From: Bacteroidales bacterium
GTDB lineage: Bacteria > Bacteroidota > Bacteroidia > Bacteroidales > UBA3663
DNA length: 64,000 nt
Direction of reading: 5' to 3'
NCBI GenBank assembly: GCA_017548545.1
Contig: JAFYZW010000010.1
Location: forward strand, 13,168-77,167
In this document: positions 35,992 through 45,510 of the stretch, one piece after another
How the letters are laid out: each line of letters starts with the position of its first letter
How positions within the stretch are numbered: position 1 is the stretch's first letter
Translations under genes and position numbers: made by a program
Notes under the pieces: model-generated
The model's input: the letters and a program-made list of their open reading frames with translations, nothing else
Databases searched by the model: none
What the model was told of the DNA's origin: nothing

Positions 35992-37782
35992 ATGAAAAGC
36001 AAGAAAACTATCATAGCATGTCTGTTCCTCGCCCTTGGTCTGGCAGGATGCAACGAAGACTCCTTCCTCGAAGAGCAGCCCCATTCGTCGCTTTATCCCG
36101 AGAACCTTTTGGTGGATTACAACGGCTTCCAGTCGATGATCACGCCTCTGTATGGCATGATGCGTGCCGAATATCGTCGTGCCGATGCCTTGGGCGGTGG
36201 CATCCCGCTGGTGCTCCACAGCGCTTGGGGAGGCGGCGTCGATAACTCGTGGGCCAACAACAGCCACTCGGAGCTGAAGTTCATGTACTATCCTTCGGCC
36301 ATCAAGCAGGTCGATCTGCAGATCTTCTCCAACGTTTTCCGTTGGTGCTACCGCATCATCAACACCGCGAACATGATCATCGCCCGTGCCGAAAACGAGG
36401 AAATAAACTGGGGAGTGGGTGCACAAGCAGAAAAGAACAAGAATGAAATCCTCTCGGAAGCACGCTTTGCCAGAGCGTGGGCCTATCGTCACTTGACCTA
36501 CTCGTTTGGTGCCGTACCCCTTTCGCTCGACGAGATCACGGGTTCGAACTATCGCACTGACTGGGAGCGTACTCCCGTGAGCGAGATTCGTAAGGCGATG
36601 GAGGAGGATCTGCTCTTTGCAGCCAACAACCTGCCTCTGCGTCGCAGCAACAATAGCGAGATATCGGGAGCCATGGCACGTCACTATCTGGGAGAGCTCT
36701 ATTTGGCCGAAGGTCAGCCACAGAAGGCCGTCGATATCTTGAAACCACTGGTTGAAGGCAGCGAGTATGCCTTGATGACCGAACGTTTTGGCAAGAATGC
36801 CTCCAATCCAGGTTGCGCTTTCATCGACGTGTTCCGTACCCCGATGTATGTCGATGGCAATAAAGAGGTTCTCTTCGCTTTCGTCAATACCGAACCAGAA
36901 AACTCTGCGTACGGCACAGCTGAGGTTTATATCAAGAGCACCTACAAGGATTACTATTCGAATGATGGCACAATAAAGAAGAGCAACTTGAACGACCCCG
37001 ACTATACTTCGGGAGCGTGCACCTGGCCACAGGCATTCTGGCTCAACAATGGCGGCAAGGGTGCCGGACGTATTGTTCCCTCGCGTGGTTCGCTGCGACT
37101 CTACGATTACAAGGGCATGGGCACCATCGACGACCGTATCTCAGACTATGCGATGGTATGGACTATCAATGACCGCGCTGCCGACGGTACCATCACCAGC
37201 TTCCTGAATAATGGACAGGCCGTAATTGATACCACCGTGACCTCAAAGATGACTGACGAGGGCACCACTTCGATCAAGAAGTACAACTGGCCCACCACAC
37301 GTAAATGGGACTATACGGCTCCCGTAAAAGCTAATGGCGATAAGGACGGCTGCTATCAGGACATAGTCTATCTGCGTTTGGCCGATACCTATCTGCTTTA
37401 TGCCGAGGCTTTGATGAAGATCAGCAAGAACAGTGAGGCTATTAAGTGGATCAACAAGGTACGCAACCGCTCGCATGCCGTCAGCATTGATGAGAACGAT
37501 CTGGCCGTAGGTGGCATGGATTTCATTCTCGACGAGAGAAGCCGCGAACTGCTGTCGGAAGAGGAGCGTCGCCACACATTGATCCGTGTGTGCCAGGAGA
37601 ATGGAGGTGATGAGCGTGACGTGAACAACTACTTCAAGCGTCGTATGCGAGAACTCAACGAGATCGCTGGTCGTCCGGCTCGTGGCATGAATGACTACGA
37701 TACTCCTGTGCTGTTCCCAATTCCTCAGAACTTCATTGAATCGAACTCTGGCCGTGCGCTGGAGAATAATCCAGGGTATTGA
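35992..37782 (+). CDS. susD: SusD/RagB family nutrient-binding outer membrane lipoprotein
   Basis: 596 aa. Lipobox LAGCNEDSFLEE, TPR-like helices (EARFARAWAYRHL, RLADTYLLYAEAL) and the C-terminal ERSRELLSEEERRHTLIR motif. Confidence 0.9.
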   Translation: MKSKKTIIACLFLALGLAGCNEDSFLEEQPHSSLYPENLLVDYNGFQSMITPLYGMMRAEYRRADALGGGIPLVLHSAWGGGVDNSWANNSHSELKFMYYPSAIKQVDLQIFSNVFRWCYRIINTANMIIARAENEEINWGVGAQAEKNKNEILSEARFARAWAYRHLTYSFGAVPLSLDEITGSNYRTDWERTPVSEIRKAMEEDLLFAANNLPLRRSNNSEISGAMARHYLGELYLAEGQPQKAVDILKPLVEGSEYALMTERFGKNASNPGCAFIDVFRTPMYVDGNKEVLFAFVNTEPENSAYGTAEVYIKSTYKDYYSNDGTIKKSNLNDPDYTSGACTWPQAFWLNNGGKGAGRIVPSRGSLRLYDYKGMGTIDDRISDYAMVWTINDRAADGTITSFLNNGQAVIDTTVTSKMTDEGTTSIKKYNWPTTRKWDYTAPVKANGDKDGCYQDIVYLRLADTYLLYAEALMKISKNSEAIKWINKVRNRSHAVSIDENDLAVGGMDFILDERSRELLSEEERRHTLIRVCQENGGDERDVNNYFKRRMRELNEIAGRPARGMNDYDTPVLFPIPQNFIESNSGRALENNPGY

Positions 37783-37820
37783 ATAAGTTTGGTTAATAAT
37801 AATTGTGTGTGTAAAGTGGT

Positions 37821-39185
37821 ATGGAACTTTCTGCATTCATCGTGGCAATCGTCATCATTGGCGTGACGGGCTATTTCCTCTACAAGAAGACGAATCCTCA
37901 GGGGCTGTTGTTGCTCTCGGGCCTGCTGATGCTGGCCTTAGGTATTGCGTTCGGCATCAATCCTTCGAAGCCGGATAATCCTACGGGGAGCACCTTCTTC
38001 GACGTTATTCGATTGGTGGAGGAGACCTTCACGAAAAACTTCGCCCGTGCAGGACTGATGATCATGACCATTGGTGGCTATGTGGCCTTCATGAATGCTA
38101 TCAAGGCCACCGATGCTCTGGTTTATCTGTCGATGAAGCCCTTGCGATGGTTCAGGAAGTTCCCATACTTGAGTGCTATCGTCACCATCCCTATCGGACA
38201 GTTGCTGTTCATCACTACACCGTCTGCCTCTGGGCTCGGCCTGTTGCTGGTAGCCTCATTCTTCCCTGTCCTGATCAATCTTGGTGTAAGCCGTCTGACG
38301 GCCTTATCGGTCATTGCTGCTGCCACCATCTTTGATCAGGGGCCGGGTTCCGCCAACACTGCCCTGGCAGCACAACTCATCGGACAGACCAATGACGAAT
38401 ACTTCATCACACACCAGTTGCCTTTGGTCTTGCCTACCACTTTGGTCGTCATGGTTTTGTACTATTTCAGTAACCGCTATTTCGACCGCAAGGATAAAAG
38501 CGTGGAGGAGAAGCTGCCGGAGGTCACTCGTCCCGAAGTACCTTTGTTTTACGCCATACTACCTGTACTACCCTTGGCCACGCTGGTCATTTTCTCACCC
38601 TTTGTCGGGCTTATCGGCACGCATATCAAAATAAACACGACGATAGCTATGATCTTCTCGTTGTTCGTTTCATTGGCTGCAGTGGCCTTCTGCAATCGTG
38701 ATTTCAACAAGACGTTTGCCTTGTTTGGCACATTTTGGAAGGGTATGGGCAACGTGTTTGCTTCGGTCGTCACACTAATTGTCGCTGCCGAGGTTTTCTC
38801 CAAGGGCTTGATCAGTTTGGGTTTCATCGATTCGTTGGTCAACTACTCCTCGAACGCCGGCCTAACGGGTATCGGCATCTCAGTGATTTTTGCCATTGTG
38901 GTCTTCGGCGCCGCTGTGTTGATGGGTAGCGGCAATGCGGCCTTCTTCTCATTCGGTCCACTTCTCCCTTTGGTGGCCACACGCATCGGTCTGCCGGCGT
39001 TTGCTCTGGTGCTGCCGCTGCAACTTTCGGCCAGCATGGGACGTGCCGTATCGCCTATCTCGGGCATTATCGTGGCCATCGCAGGTGTGGGCGGTGTGTC
39101 GCCCATGGATTTGGCTAAGCGGAATGTCATTCCACTCACCGGCGGCTTCCTCTTCCTCCTGGCCTATCATTTTATCACTCTATAA
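37821..39185 (+). CDS. DcuC/YfcC-type (C4-dicarboxylate anaerobic carrier family) inner-membrane transporter
   Basis: 454 aa polytopic protein. Size, N-terminus and hydrophobicity pattern resemble DcuC (PF03606-type). The call rests on overall resemblance, not on a diagnostic motif. Confidence 0.55.
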   Translation: MELSAFIVAIVIIGVTGYFLYKKTNPQGLLLLSGLLMLALGIAFGINPSKPDNPTGSTFFDVIRLVEETFTKNFARAGLMIMTIGGYVAFMNAIKATDALVYLSMKPLRWFRKFPYLSAIVTIPIGQLLFITTPSASGLGLLLVASFFPVLINLGVSRLTALSVIAAATIFDQGPGSANTALAAQLIGQTNDEYFITHQLPLVLPTTLVVMVLYYFSNRYFDRKDKSVEEKLPEVTRPEVPLFYAILPVLPLATLVIFSPFVGLIGTHIKINTTIAMIFSLFVSLAAVAFCNRDFNKTFALFGTFWKGMGNVFASVVTLIVAAEVFSKGLISLGFIDSLVNYSSNAGLTGIGISVIFAIVVFGAAVLMGSGNAAFFSFGPLLPLVATRIGLPAFALVLPLQLSASMGRAVSPISGIIVAIAGVGGVSPMDLAKRNVIPLTGGFLFLLAYHFITL

Positions 39186-39195
39186 TACGTTCAAG

Positions 39196-40341
39196 ATGTT
39201 CACTCTAATTAAGAACTCCGACATTTATGCACCCCAGCATCTCGGCTTAAATGATATCCTGGTCTGCAACGAGCAGATTGTTCATATCGGTAAGGATATA
39301 GAGTTGCCTGACAGCTTTGATGTTCGTGTGATCGATGCCGAAGGCCTCAAGACCGTACCTGGCTTCATTGACCAGCATGTTCATGTGATTGGCGGTGGCG
39401 GACAATTGGGCTTTGCTTCGCTTGTCCCTGCTGTCACTATCAGCGAGTTGGTGCAGGTGGGCACGACTACAGTGCTTGGGTTGCTTGGCACCGATGGTTT
39501 TGTGAAGGACCTCAACACCCTCTATGCTTCCGTGAAAGCCATCTGCCAAGAGGGGTTGTCGGCTTTTATGCTCACAAGCTATTATGGCCTGCCGGAACGC
39601 ACACTTACAGGTAGCGTGGCTGAAGACCTTATCTATATCGACAAGGTGATAGGTTGTAAGCTTGCCATGAGCGATGACCGCAGCAGCTTCCCGACCACAC
39701 TCGAAATACTTCGCCTGATCAACCAGGTGCGCCTAGGAGGTTTCACCTCAGGTAAGGGCGGTGTGCTGCACATTCATCTTGGCGCCGAAGAGACGGGTAT
39801 CAGTCAACTGATTGACATTGTCAAAGAACATCCCAAGTTCGCCGACTACCTATCGCCAACCCACCTTATCCGTACACGTCCGCTTTTCGAACAAGCATTG
39901 GAATTTGCCAACCTCGGCGGTATGGTTGACTTCTCGACAGGTGGCACCAAGTTCACCCAGCCACGTCACTGCGTGATGGAGGCTCTTAACCGTGGCATAT
40001 CTATCGATCGGATTACGTTTTCGAGCGATGGGCATGGTGGTGTCAGAAAAGAGAATCCCGAAACCGGAGAAGTCATATATCGTCCGGCACCACTCGATCT
40101 GAACTACAAGGAGATGACTCTGCTCGTTAAAGATTGCGGTCTGGCGCTTGATGATGCACTCAAACTCATCACCACTAACCCTGCCCGCAACTTGAAGCTT
40201 AGGAACAAGGGGCGTATTGCCGTAAACATGGATGCCGACATCTGTTTTCTCGACGACCAATTGGGCCTGCAGCATGTCATGGCCAGGGGTCGGATGGCCA
40301 TGGAGGGACAGAAAATACTCATGAAAGGGAGATACGAATGA
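39196..40341 (+). CDS. iadA: beta-aspartyl (isoaspartyl) dipeptidase
   Basis: The true start MFTLIKNSDIYAP lies inside track ORF 38935..40341. The PGFIDQHVHVIGGGG metal-binding motif and the amidohydrolase fold pattern match IadA. 381 aa, no signal peptide. Confidence 0.8.
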   Translation: MFTLIKNSDIYAPQHLGLNDILVCNEQIVHIGKDIELPDSFDVRVIDAEGLKTVPGFIDQHVHVIGGGGQLGFASLVPAVTISELVQVGTTTVLGLLGTDGFVKDLNTLYASVKAICQEGLSAFMLTSYYGLPERTLTGSVAEDLIYIDKVIGCKLAMSDDRSSFPTTLEILRLINQVRLGGFTSGKGGVLHIHLGAEETGISQLIDIVKEHPKFADYLSPTHLIRTRPLFEQALEFANLGGMVDFSTGGTKFTQPRHCVMEALNRGISIDRITFSSDGHGGVRKENPETGEVIYRPAPLDLNYKEMTLLVKDCGLALDDALKLITTNPARNLKLRNKGRIAVNMDADICFLDDQLGLQHVMARGRMAMEGQKILMKGRYE

Positions 40342-42467
40342 AAACGTTTAAGCTGATAATGTGTCTTGTCCTGTTGATGATGCCGTGGTTGGCAAGCGCT
40401 CATATCGATGGTCCGGGGGAAGGCGTGTTCACATATGCTGGGTATGAGCCGTATACCGACAGACCAGTTGATGTGCATTACTTTATCCCATCTGACGGCA
40501 ATGTCGCGACGATGCCCATCCTGTTTGTGATGCATGGAGCTGATCGTGGTTGGAGGTATCTGATGAAAACGTGGCGACAAGATGCACAGAAGTACCGTTT
40601 TATCGTGCTGATTCCCGTCTTCACCAAGGAGCTCTATCCCGTGGAGGATTATCAGGAAATGGGTGTATATGCGGACGATGGCTCGCTAAACGCCCAGGAG
40701 CGGACGGCTGCTTTCTTGATCGACAAGATGTTTGAATGGTTCCGTGATGAAATAGGGGGCCAACAGCAACACTATTCCTTCTACGGACATTCGGCTGGCG
40801 GACAGTTCGTGCACCGTGCCTTGTTGCTCAACGACAGCCCCTATGTCGAACGTGCGGTAGTGGGAAGCCCTGGTTGGTACACCTTCCCCGACAATCGCGA
40901 AGCGCGCTATCCGTATGGCGTGAGCGATATTCCTTATATTAATGAGAATGATTTGCGACGTTTCTTGGCACAGGAAGCATGGGTACAGGTGAGCGATGGT
41001 GACACATTACGCGAGACGTTCCTCCGCAAGACACCCGAGGCAGAACTGCAGGGATGTAACCGAGAAGAGCGCGGCAAGGCGTTCTATGCAAGTCTCTGGA
41101 AGGCGGCCGAAGAGCTTGGTGTGGAGAGTGGCTGGTCATTTGTGGACGAGCACGATGTGGCGCATCATTCTTCGGGCATGGGCAAACGTGCCGTCAAGTA
41201 TCTTTTCCCAGAACAGATGCGTCGTGTGGATTGTACGTCGGTGATGACACCGCAGGAAGTCACCGGTCGTTTGCAGAGACTCGTGGAGGGTCACAAGGAT
41301 GTAGCCCGCATGGATGTGCTGGGTCAGACACCTCTTGGACAAGACATCCCTGTCTTGTACATAGGTGATCACAACGACGGCAAACTCCGAGTTTGGATAG
41401 AGGCTGCACTGCATGGCAATGAGCCGGCGGGTGTGCTTACTGTCTGCCAAATGGTGGATTTTTTGCTTAACAGCATCGAAGGGCAGGAGGTATGCAGCCG
41501 TCTCAGCTTTATGATTCTCCCTATGGCCAATGTGGATGGATATGCGAATCACGACCGACTTTCGGGCACTGGCAATGACCTCAATCGGGACCAAGCGACG
41601 TTCTCCGATACCGTGACGTGGATCCTCAAGCGGGCGTATGCCTCTTGGCAGCCTGAATTGGCCATCGACATACACGAATATCGTCCGATGCGGAAGGATT
41701 TCGCCCTTATGTGCAACATGCCTGATGCACGAATTGCCATCGGCAAGGACATTTTGCTACTGCCATCGGGACATCCCAATGTCGATCCGGCCATTCGTGC
41801 ACTCAACGATACACTACAGCGTCAGATACGTCGTGACTTGGATGCAGTTTCTTATACTCATGGCTTTTACTTTACTGCCACGGGAAATGAACAGGACGGG
41901 TATTTCATTCGCAAGGATGGAGGTAATCCGCGTTCGAGCACTACGTTCCAGGCATTGACCAATGCCGTGTCGCTCTTCTTCGAGATCAAAGGTATCGGAC
42001 TCGATGACGATCTGTTGCCTCGACGTGCTGATGTCGGTCTGGTGGCTTTACGTTCGGCTATCTGCAAAGCTGCATCCATCGCCCCTTTCATCAAGGAACA
42101 AGTGTCGCTGGCCGATCTTCGTGCTTGCGAAGCCAACCGACCACTAATTGCTCAGTCTCATCCCAAAGAGATACAGACTGAGGTGACATTTGAGAATCTC
42201 GAGACTGGTCGGTTTTTCAAGCAACGTGTGACGGCACGCGATGCCATGCAACAGGTAGTCGATGTTGAGAAAGCTCGTCCGGCATATTATCTGCTACCCC
42301 ACGATGCACTGTGTGCAAAGGAACGACTGCAGGCCATGGGTGTCATTGTCGAAGGTGACCGCGTGCCAGTAGGCCAACCGTTGGGCAACCTTGTTGTAAC
42401 GCTACTCGAACCCGAATCGCAGCATTTCGCCTTTCAAGGGTTGGAGATAAAGGCTGTGGAGAAATGA
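40338..42467 (+). CDS. secreted fusion protein: N-terminal alpha/beta-hydrolase (PHB-depolymerase/esterase-like) plus C-terminal M14 zinc carboxypeptidase
   Basis: 709 aa. Signal peptide MKTFKLIMCLVLLMMPWLASA. N-terminal domain: PILFVMHGADRG ... FYGHSAGGQFVHR (GxSxG nucleophile elbow). C-terminal domain: EAALHGNEPAG (HxxE), PMANVDGY, DLNRD, AIDIHEY (second Zn His). ATGA start/stop overlap with iadA. Confidence 0.7.
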   Translation: MKTFKLIMCLVLLMMPWLASAHIDGPGEGVFTYAGYEPYTDRPVDVHYFIPSDGNVATMPILFVMHGADRGWRYLMKTWRQDAQKYRFIVLIPVFTKELYPVEDYQEMGVYADDGSLNAQERTAAFLIDKMFEWFRDEIGGQQQHYSFYGHSAGGQFVHRALLLNDSPYVERAVVGSPGWYTFPDNREARYPYGVSDIPYINENDLRRFLAQEAWVQVSDGDTLRETFLRKTPEAELQGCNREERGKAFYASLWKAAEELGVESGWSFVDEHDVAHHSSGMGKRAVKYLFPEQMRRVDCTSVMTPQEVTGRLQRLVEGHKDVARMDVLGQTPLGQDIPVLYIGDHNDGKLRVWIEAALHGNEPAGVLTVCQMVDFLLNSIEGQEVCSRLSFMILPMANVDGYANHDRLSGTGNDLNRDQATFSDTVTWILKRAYASWQPELAIDIHEYRPMRKDFALMCNMPDARIAIGKDILLLPSGHPNVDPAIRALNDTLQRQIRRDLDAVSYTHGFYFTATGNEQDGYFIRKDGGNPRSSTTFQALTNAVSLFFEIKGIGLDDDLLPRRADVGLVALRSAICKAASIAPFIKEQVSLADLRACEANRPLIAQSHPKEIQTEVTFENLETGRFFKQRVTARDAMQQVVDVEKARPAYYLLPHDALCAKERLQAMGVIVEGDRVPVGQPLGNLVVTLLEPESQHFAFQGLEIKAVEK

Positions 42468-42552
42468 GGCAACAGATTTTTTTTGCCAAACAAAATACTA
42501 AACGAGTGTTTTTGACGTTACATTATATGAACAGTTAAAACACATTGCCGTT

Positions 42553-44154
42553 ATGCGCAGTTTTATTACATTACTGTTGTGCCTATTGACAGCGCCTACA
42601 GTATTTGCAAACTATAACATCGATTCGCTGTTTATGGTCCTTGACCGGACCATAGACAGTTCGGTGGTTTTTATCAAACAGCGTGAAGACAACATCATGC
42701 ACTTGAAGGAGAAGCTTGCTGACAACCGAGATCCTAAAGTCCATGTTGACTTGCTTGACAGTCTCTTCCACCAGTACATCTCGTATCAGTCTGATTCGGC
42801 CATGGTATATCTGCATCAGTGCATTGAGGCATCGGAGAAATTGGATGGTATGGTGCATAATGCAGAGTATTATCGCGTGCGTTTGGCGCAGCAGTACTTA
42901 CAGTCGGGCAACTACCACGATGCCGAGGCGCTGCTCAACTCGATTGATGTCAGGAAACTCCACGAGTCGGAGAAGAACTATTTCTTCCGCACAAGAAGCA
43001 ATGTGAGCTTCGAGATTGCTAATCAGACAAAAATCGAAAACGTCAGACAGCAGGAACTTGAGATATGGCGTGCCTTCAAGGACTCCATTCTTGCATGCAA
43101 GAACTATGAGAGCGACATCTATTTGCAGTCGTTAGAGGAACGGCTGCGGGATGAGAAGAAGTATGATGAATCGTTGCATATCAATGACCTTCGTCTTCAG
43201 AAGTACTCAAAGCCACTGCGACGATTTGCCATTGTCGCCTCCTGTCGTTATCAAACGCACAAACAGAAGAATTCACCGCGAGAGGAACAACTCTACTGGC
43301 TCACCGAATCGGCCATCAGCGACGTGCGTAATGCCATCATGAACCAGTCCTCGCTGTGGGAATTGGCCGACATTCTCAGCCGGGAGGGGGATCTTGATCG
43401 CTCGTGCAAGTATATCAGTTTTTCATGGGACTGTGCCACAGAGTTTCATAGCCATGCCAGGACGAAACAGATTTCGCCTATACTGAATACCATTAATGTC
43501 AAATATCGCGAGGAGTTGCAACGCTTTACGCGTAGCCTTACGGTCGGGATGTGGATCCTTGCTTTGATTTCGATCCTTTTGCTCGTTTCGTTGTATTATG
43601 TCGTCAAGGAGCATCGTCGACTGAAGCAAGCCAAACAACTTATTGACAAGAAAAACGAAGACCTATCGGCCGCGGTGAATGCACTTGACGAGTCCAACCA
43701 CAAGAAAGAGCGATACATAGGCTATTTCTTGGAACTTTGTTCAGTCTATATTGACAAACTGGAGAGTTTCCGAATCAATGTTTTGCGTAAGGCTCAGCAT
43801 GGACAACTGGTAGAGTATCTTTCGAACCAAAAAATCATGGCGCTGAAGGAGGCCGACCAAGAGAGTCTCATCAGGTGTTTCGACGATGCTTTCCTCGAAT
43901 TGTTCCCGACGTTTGTCGAACAGTTTAATGCTATGCTTCGTCCCGATGCACGCATTATACCTCCCAATGGACAATCGCTCACCTCCGAGCTGCGTGTCTT
44001 CGCCTTGATACGATTGGGTATTGATGATAGTGCCAAGATTGCCGAGTTCCTCAACTACAGCATCCGCACCATCTACAACTATCGCACAAAGATCAACAAG
44101 CTGCTTGTCATTCCCAAAGAGGAATTTGAGAAGCGACTGATGGAGATCGTATAA
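42553..44154 (+). CDS. DUF6377 domain transcriptional regulator (periplasmic TPR-like sensor, one TM, C-terminal HTH)
   Basis: 533 aa. Signal/TM at the N-terminus, a TM segment near residue 335 (VGMWILALISILLLVSLYYVV), and the C-terminal LTSELRVFALIRLGIDDSAKIAEFLNYSIRTIYNYRTKI motif characteristic of DUF6377 proteins found next to SusC/D pairs. Confidence 0.7.
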   Translation: MRSFITLLLCLLTAPTVFANYNIDSLFMVLDRTIDSSVVFIKQREDNIMHLKEKLADNRDPKVHVDLLDSLFHQYISYQSDSAMVYLHQCIEASEKLDGMVHNAEYYRVRLAQQYLQSGNYHDAEALLNSIDVRKLHESEKNYFFRTRSNVSFEIANQTKIENVRQQELEIWRAFKDSILACKNYESDIYLQSLEERLRDEKKYDESLHINDLRLQKYSKPLRRFAIVASCRYQTHKQKNSPREEQLYWLTESAISDVRNAIMNQSSLWELADILSREGDLDRSCKYISFSWDCATEFHSHARTKQISPILNTINVKYREELQRFTRSLTVGMWILALISILLLVSLYYVVKEHRRLKQAKQLIDKKNEDLSAAVNALDESNHKKERYIGYFLELCSVYIDKLESFRINVLRKAQHGQLVEYLSNQKIMALKEADQESLIRCFDDAFLELFPTFVEQFNAMLRPDARIIPPNGQSLTSELRVFALIRLGIDDSAKIAEFLNYSIRTIYNYRTKINKLLVIPKEEFEKRLMEIV

Positions 44155-45480
44155 TTACAAGGTGGAACGGACGGTGTAATAGGTGGAGAGAAGACCAACT
44201 GTGGCGACGGCTGCGAGGGTCAGGAGGGCGTCGCTCCAATGGAGAAGGACGGGATAGGAGGCGACGACGTAACGGGTGGTGTCACCCCCGCCGAGGGTAA
44301 TGAATCCGAAGTGCTGCTGAAGGAGGCAGAGGACAATACCGAGGATGAGGCCGGCGATGGCTCCTAGGCCGGTGATGAGCCATCCTTCGCAGGTAAAGAT
44401 GCGGCGGATAAGTGTGTCATCGGCTCCCATGTTGCGCAATGTGGTGATTTGGGGTTCTTTGTCGATGATGAGCATGGAGAGGGCACCGATGGCGTTGAAC
44501 GAAGCAATAAGGAGAATAAAGAAGACGAGAAGGAAGGTAAGCCACTTCTCAATCTGCATGATGCGGTAGGCATCGGCCTGTTGTTGGTATTGGGTGAGGA
44601 TGGTGAGAGAGGAGGTTGAGGGGTTCGAAAGGTTCGAAAGGTTTGAGAGGAGTGCTGTGAGCTCCTTTTTTACCCGATCGGCATTGGCACCCTTGCGGAG
44701 ACGTAGCTCGTAGGCCGAGGTGAGTAGACTGTCGCCGAGCAGTTGGCGTGCCACAGGAAGGGAACAGAGGAAGTACTGATTGTCGTAGTCGGCCTGCTGC
44801 ACCATGAAGATATTGCTGCAGTAGAGGTTGGCTTCAGCAAATGATTCGTCGGCACCAGCGAGGCTGAGAGCATCGACGGTGAGAGGTGAGGTTTTGTGGT
44901 TTTGAGGTGTTGAGTCTTGTGTATTGAGTCTGTCGGGATTGGCATATCCTTTTTCGCCGATGAGACGTGGACAGAAGACGGTAAGGGGTCGCACGAAGCC
45001 TCGGTTGGTGCCGATGATGCTAGCGAGCCCTGCGCCGAGGATGCAGTAGTCGGCGACCTCGTCTTTCAGCAGGAATCCCTCGTCGCCGAGCAGGATGCTG
45101 TCGATCTGCGTGACTTGCGCAAAGGTGTTATCGACACCCTTCATCGTGGCAGGTATCTGGTGACCGCTGTAACTGAGCAGGACGGTCTCTTCGAGGGTGG
45201 TGTTGATGGCAACTACGTCGGGATGTGCGAGTAGTTGCTGGCGTAGTTCTTCGCTGTCATGGAATGTCTTCCCGAGGACGGGCTGAATGCGCAGGTCGGG
45301 GTCAAAACGGGAGGTGAGGTCGCTGACGAGCCCCTCGAAACCGTTATAGACCGAGAGCATGCAGATCATCGCTGCGGTGATGACGCCCACACCGCATGCT
45401 GCCACCAACGTGATAAGGTTGATTGCACTATGGGATTTGCGGCTGAACAGGTAGCGCAGAGCGATACGGAGGGCAAGCAT
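44155..45480 (-). CDS. FtsX-like ABC transporter permease (LolE-like)
   Basis: 441 aa. MLALRIALRYLFSRKSHSAINLIT N-terminus, 4 TM segments, and the conserved rbfA-permease gene pair. The periplasmic loop contains the LSNLSNLSNPS microsatellite insertion. Confidence 0.8.
   Translation of the reverse strand: MLALRIALRYLFSRKSHSAINLITLVAACGVGVITAAMICMLSVYNGFEGLVSDLTSRFDPDLRIQPVLGKTFHDSEELRQQLLAHPDVVAINTTLEETVLLSYSGHQIPATMKGVDNTFAQVTQIDSILLGDEGFLLKDEVADYCILGAGLASIIGTNRGFVRPLTVFCPRLIGEKGYANPDRLNTQDSTPQNHKTSPLTVDALSLAGADESFAEANLYCSNIFMVQQADYDNQYFLCSLPVARQLLGDSLLTSAYELRLRKGANADRVKKELTALLSNLSNLSNPSTSSLTILTQYQQQADAYRIMQIEKWLTFLLVFFILLIASFNAIGALSMLIIDKEPQITTLRNMGADDTLIRRIFTCEGWLITGLGAIAGLILGIVLCLLQQHFGFITLGGGDTTRYVVASYPVLLHWSDALLTLAAVATVGLLSTYYTVRSTL
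44614..44650. repeat. 9-nt microsatellite (GGTTGAGG GGTTCGAAA GGTTCGAAA GGTTTGAGA) inside the permease CDS
   Basis: Read directly from the DNA. It translates in-frame on the minus strand to LSNLSNLSNPSTSS. Confidence 0.85.
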
Positions 45481-45510
45481 TGTGTGGGTTCAGAACATTT
45501 CGAACTTTTC

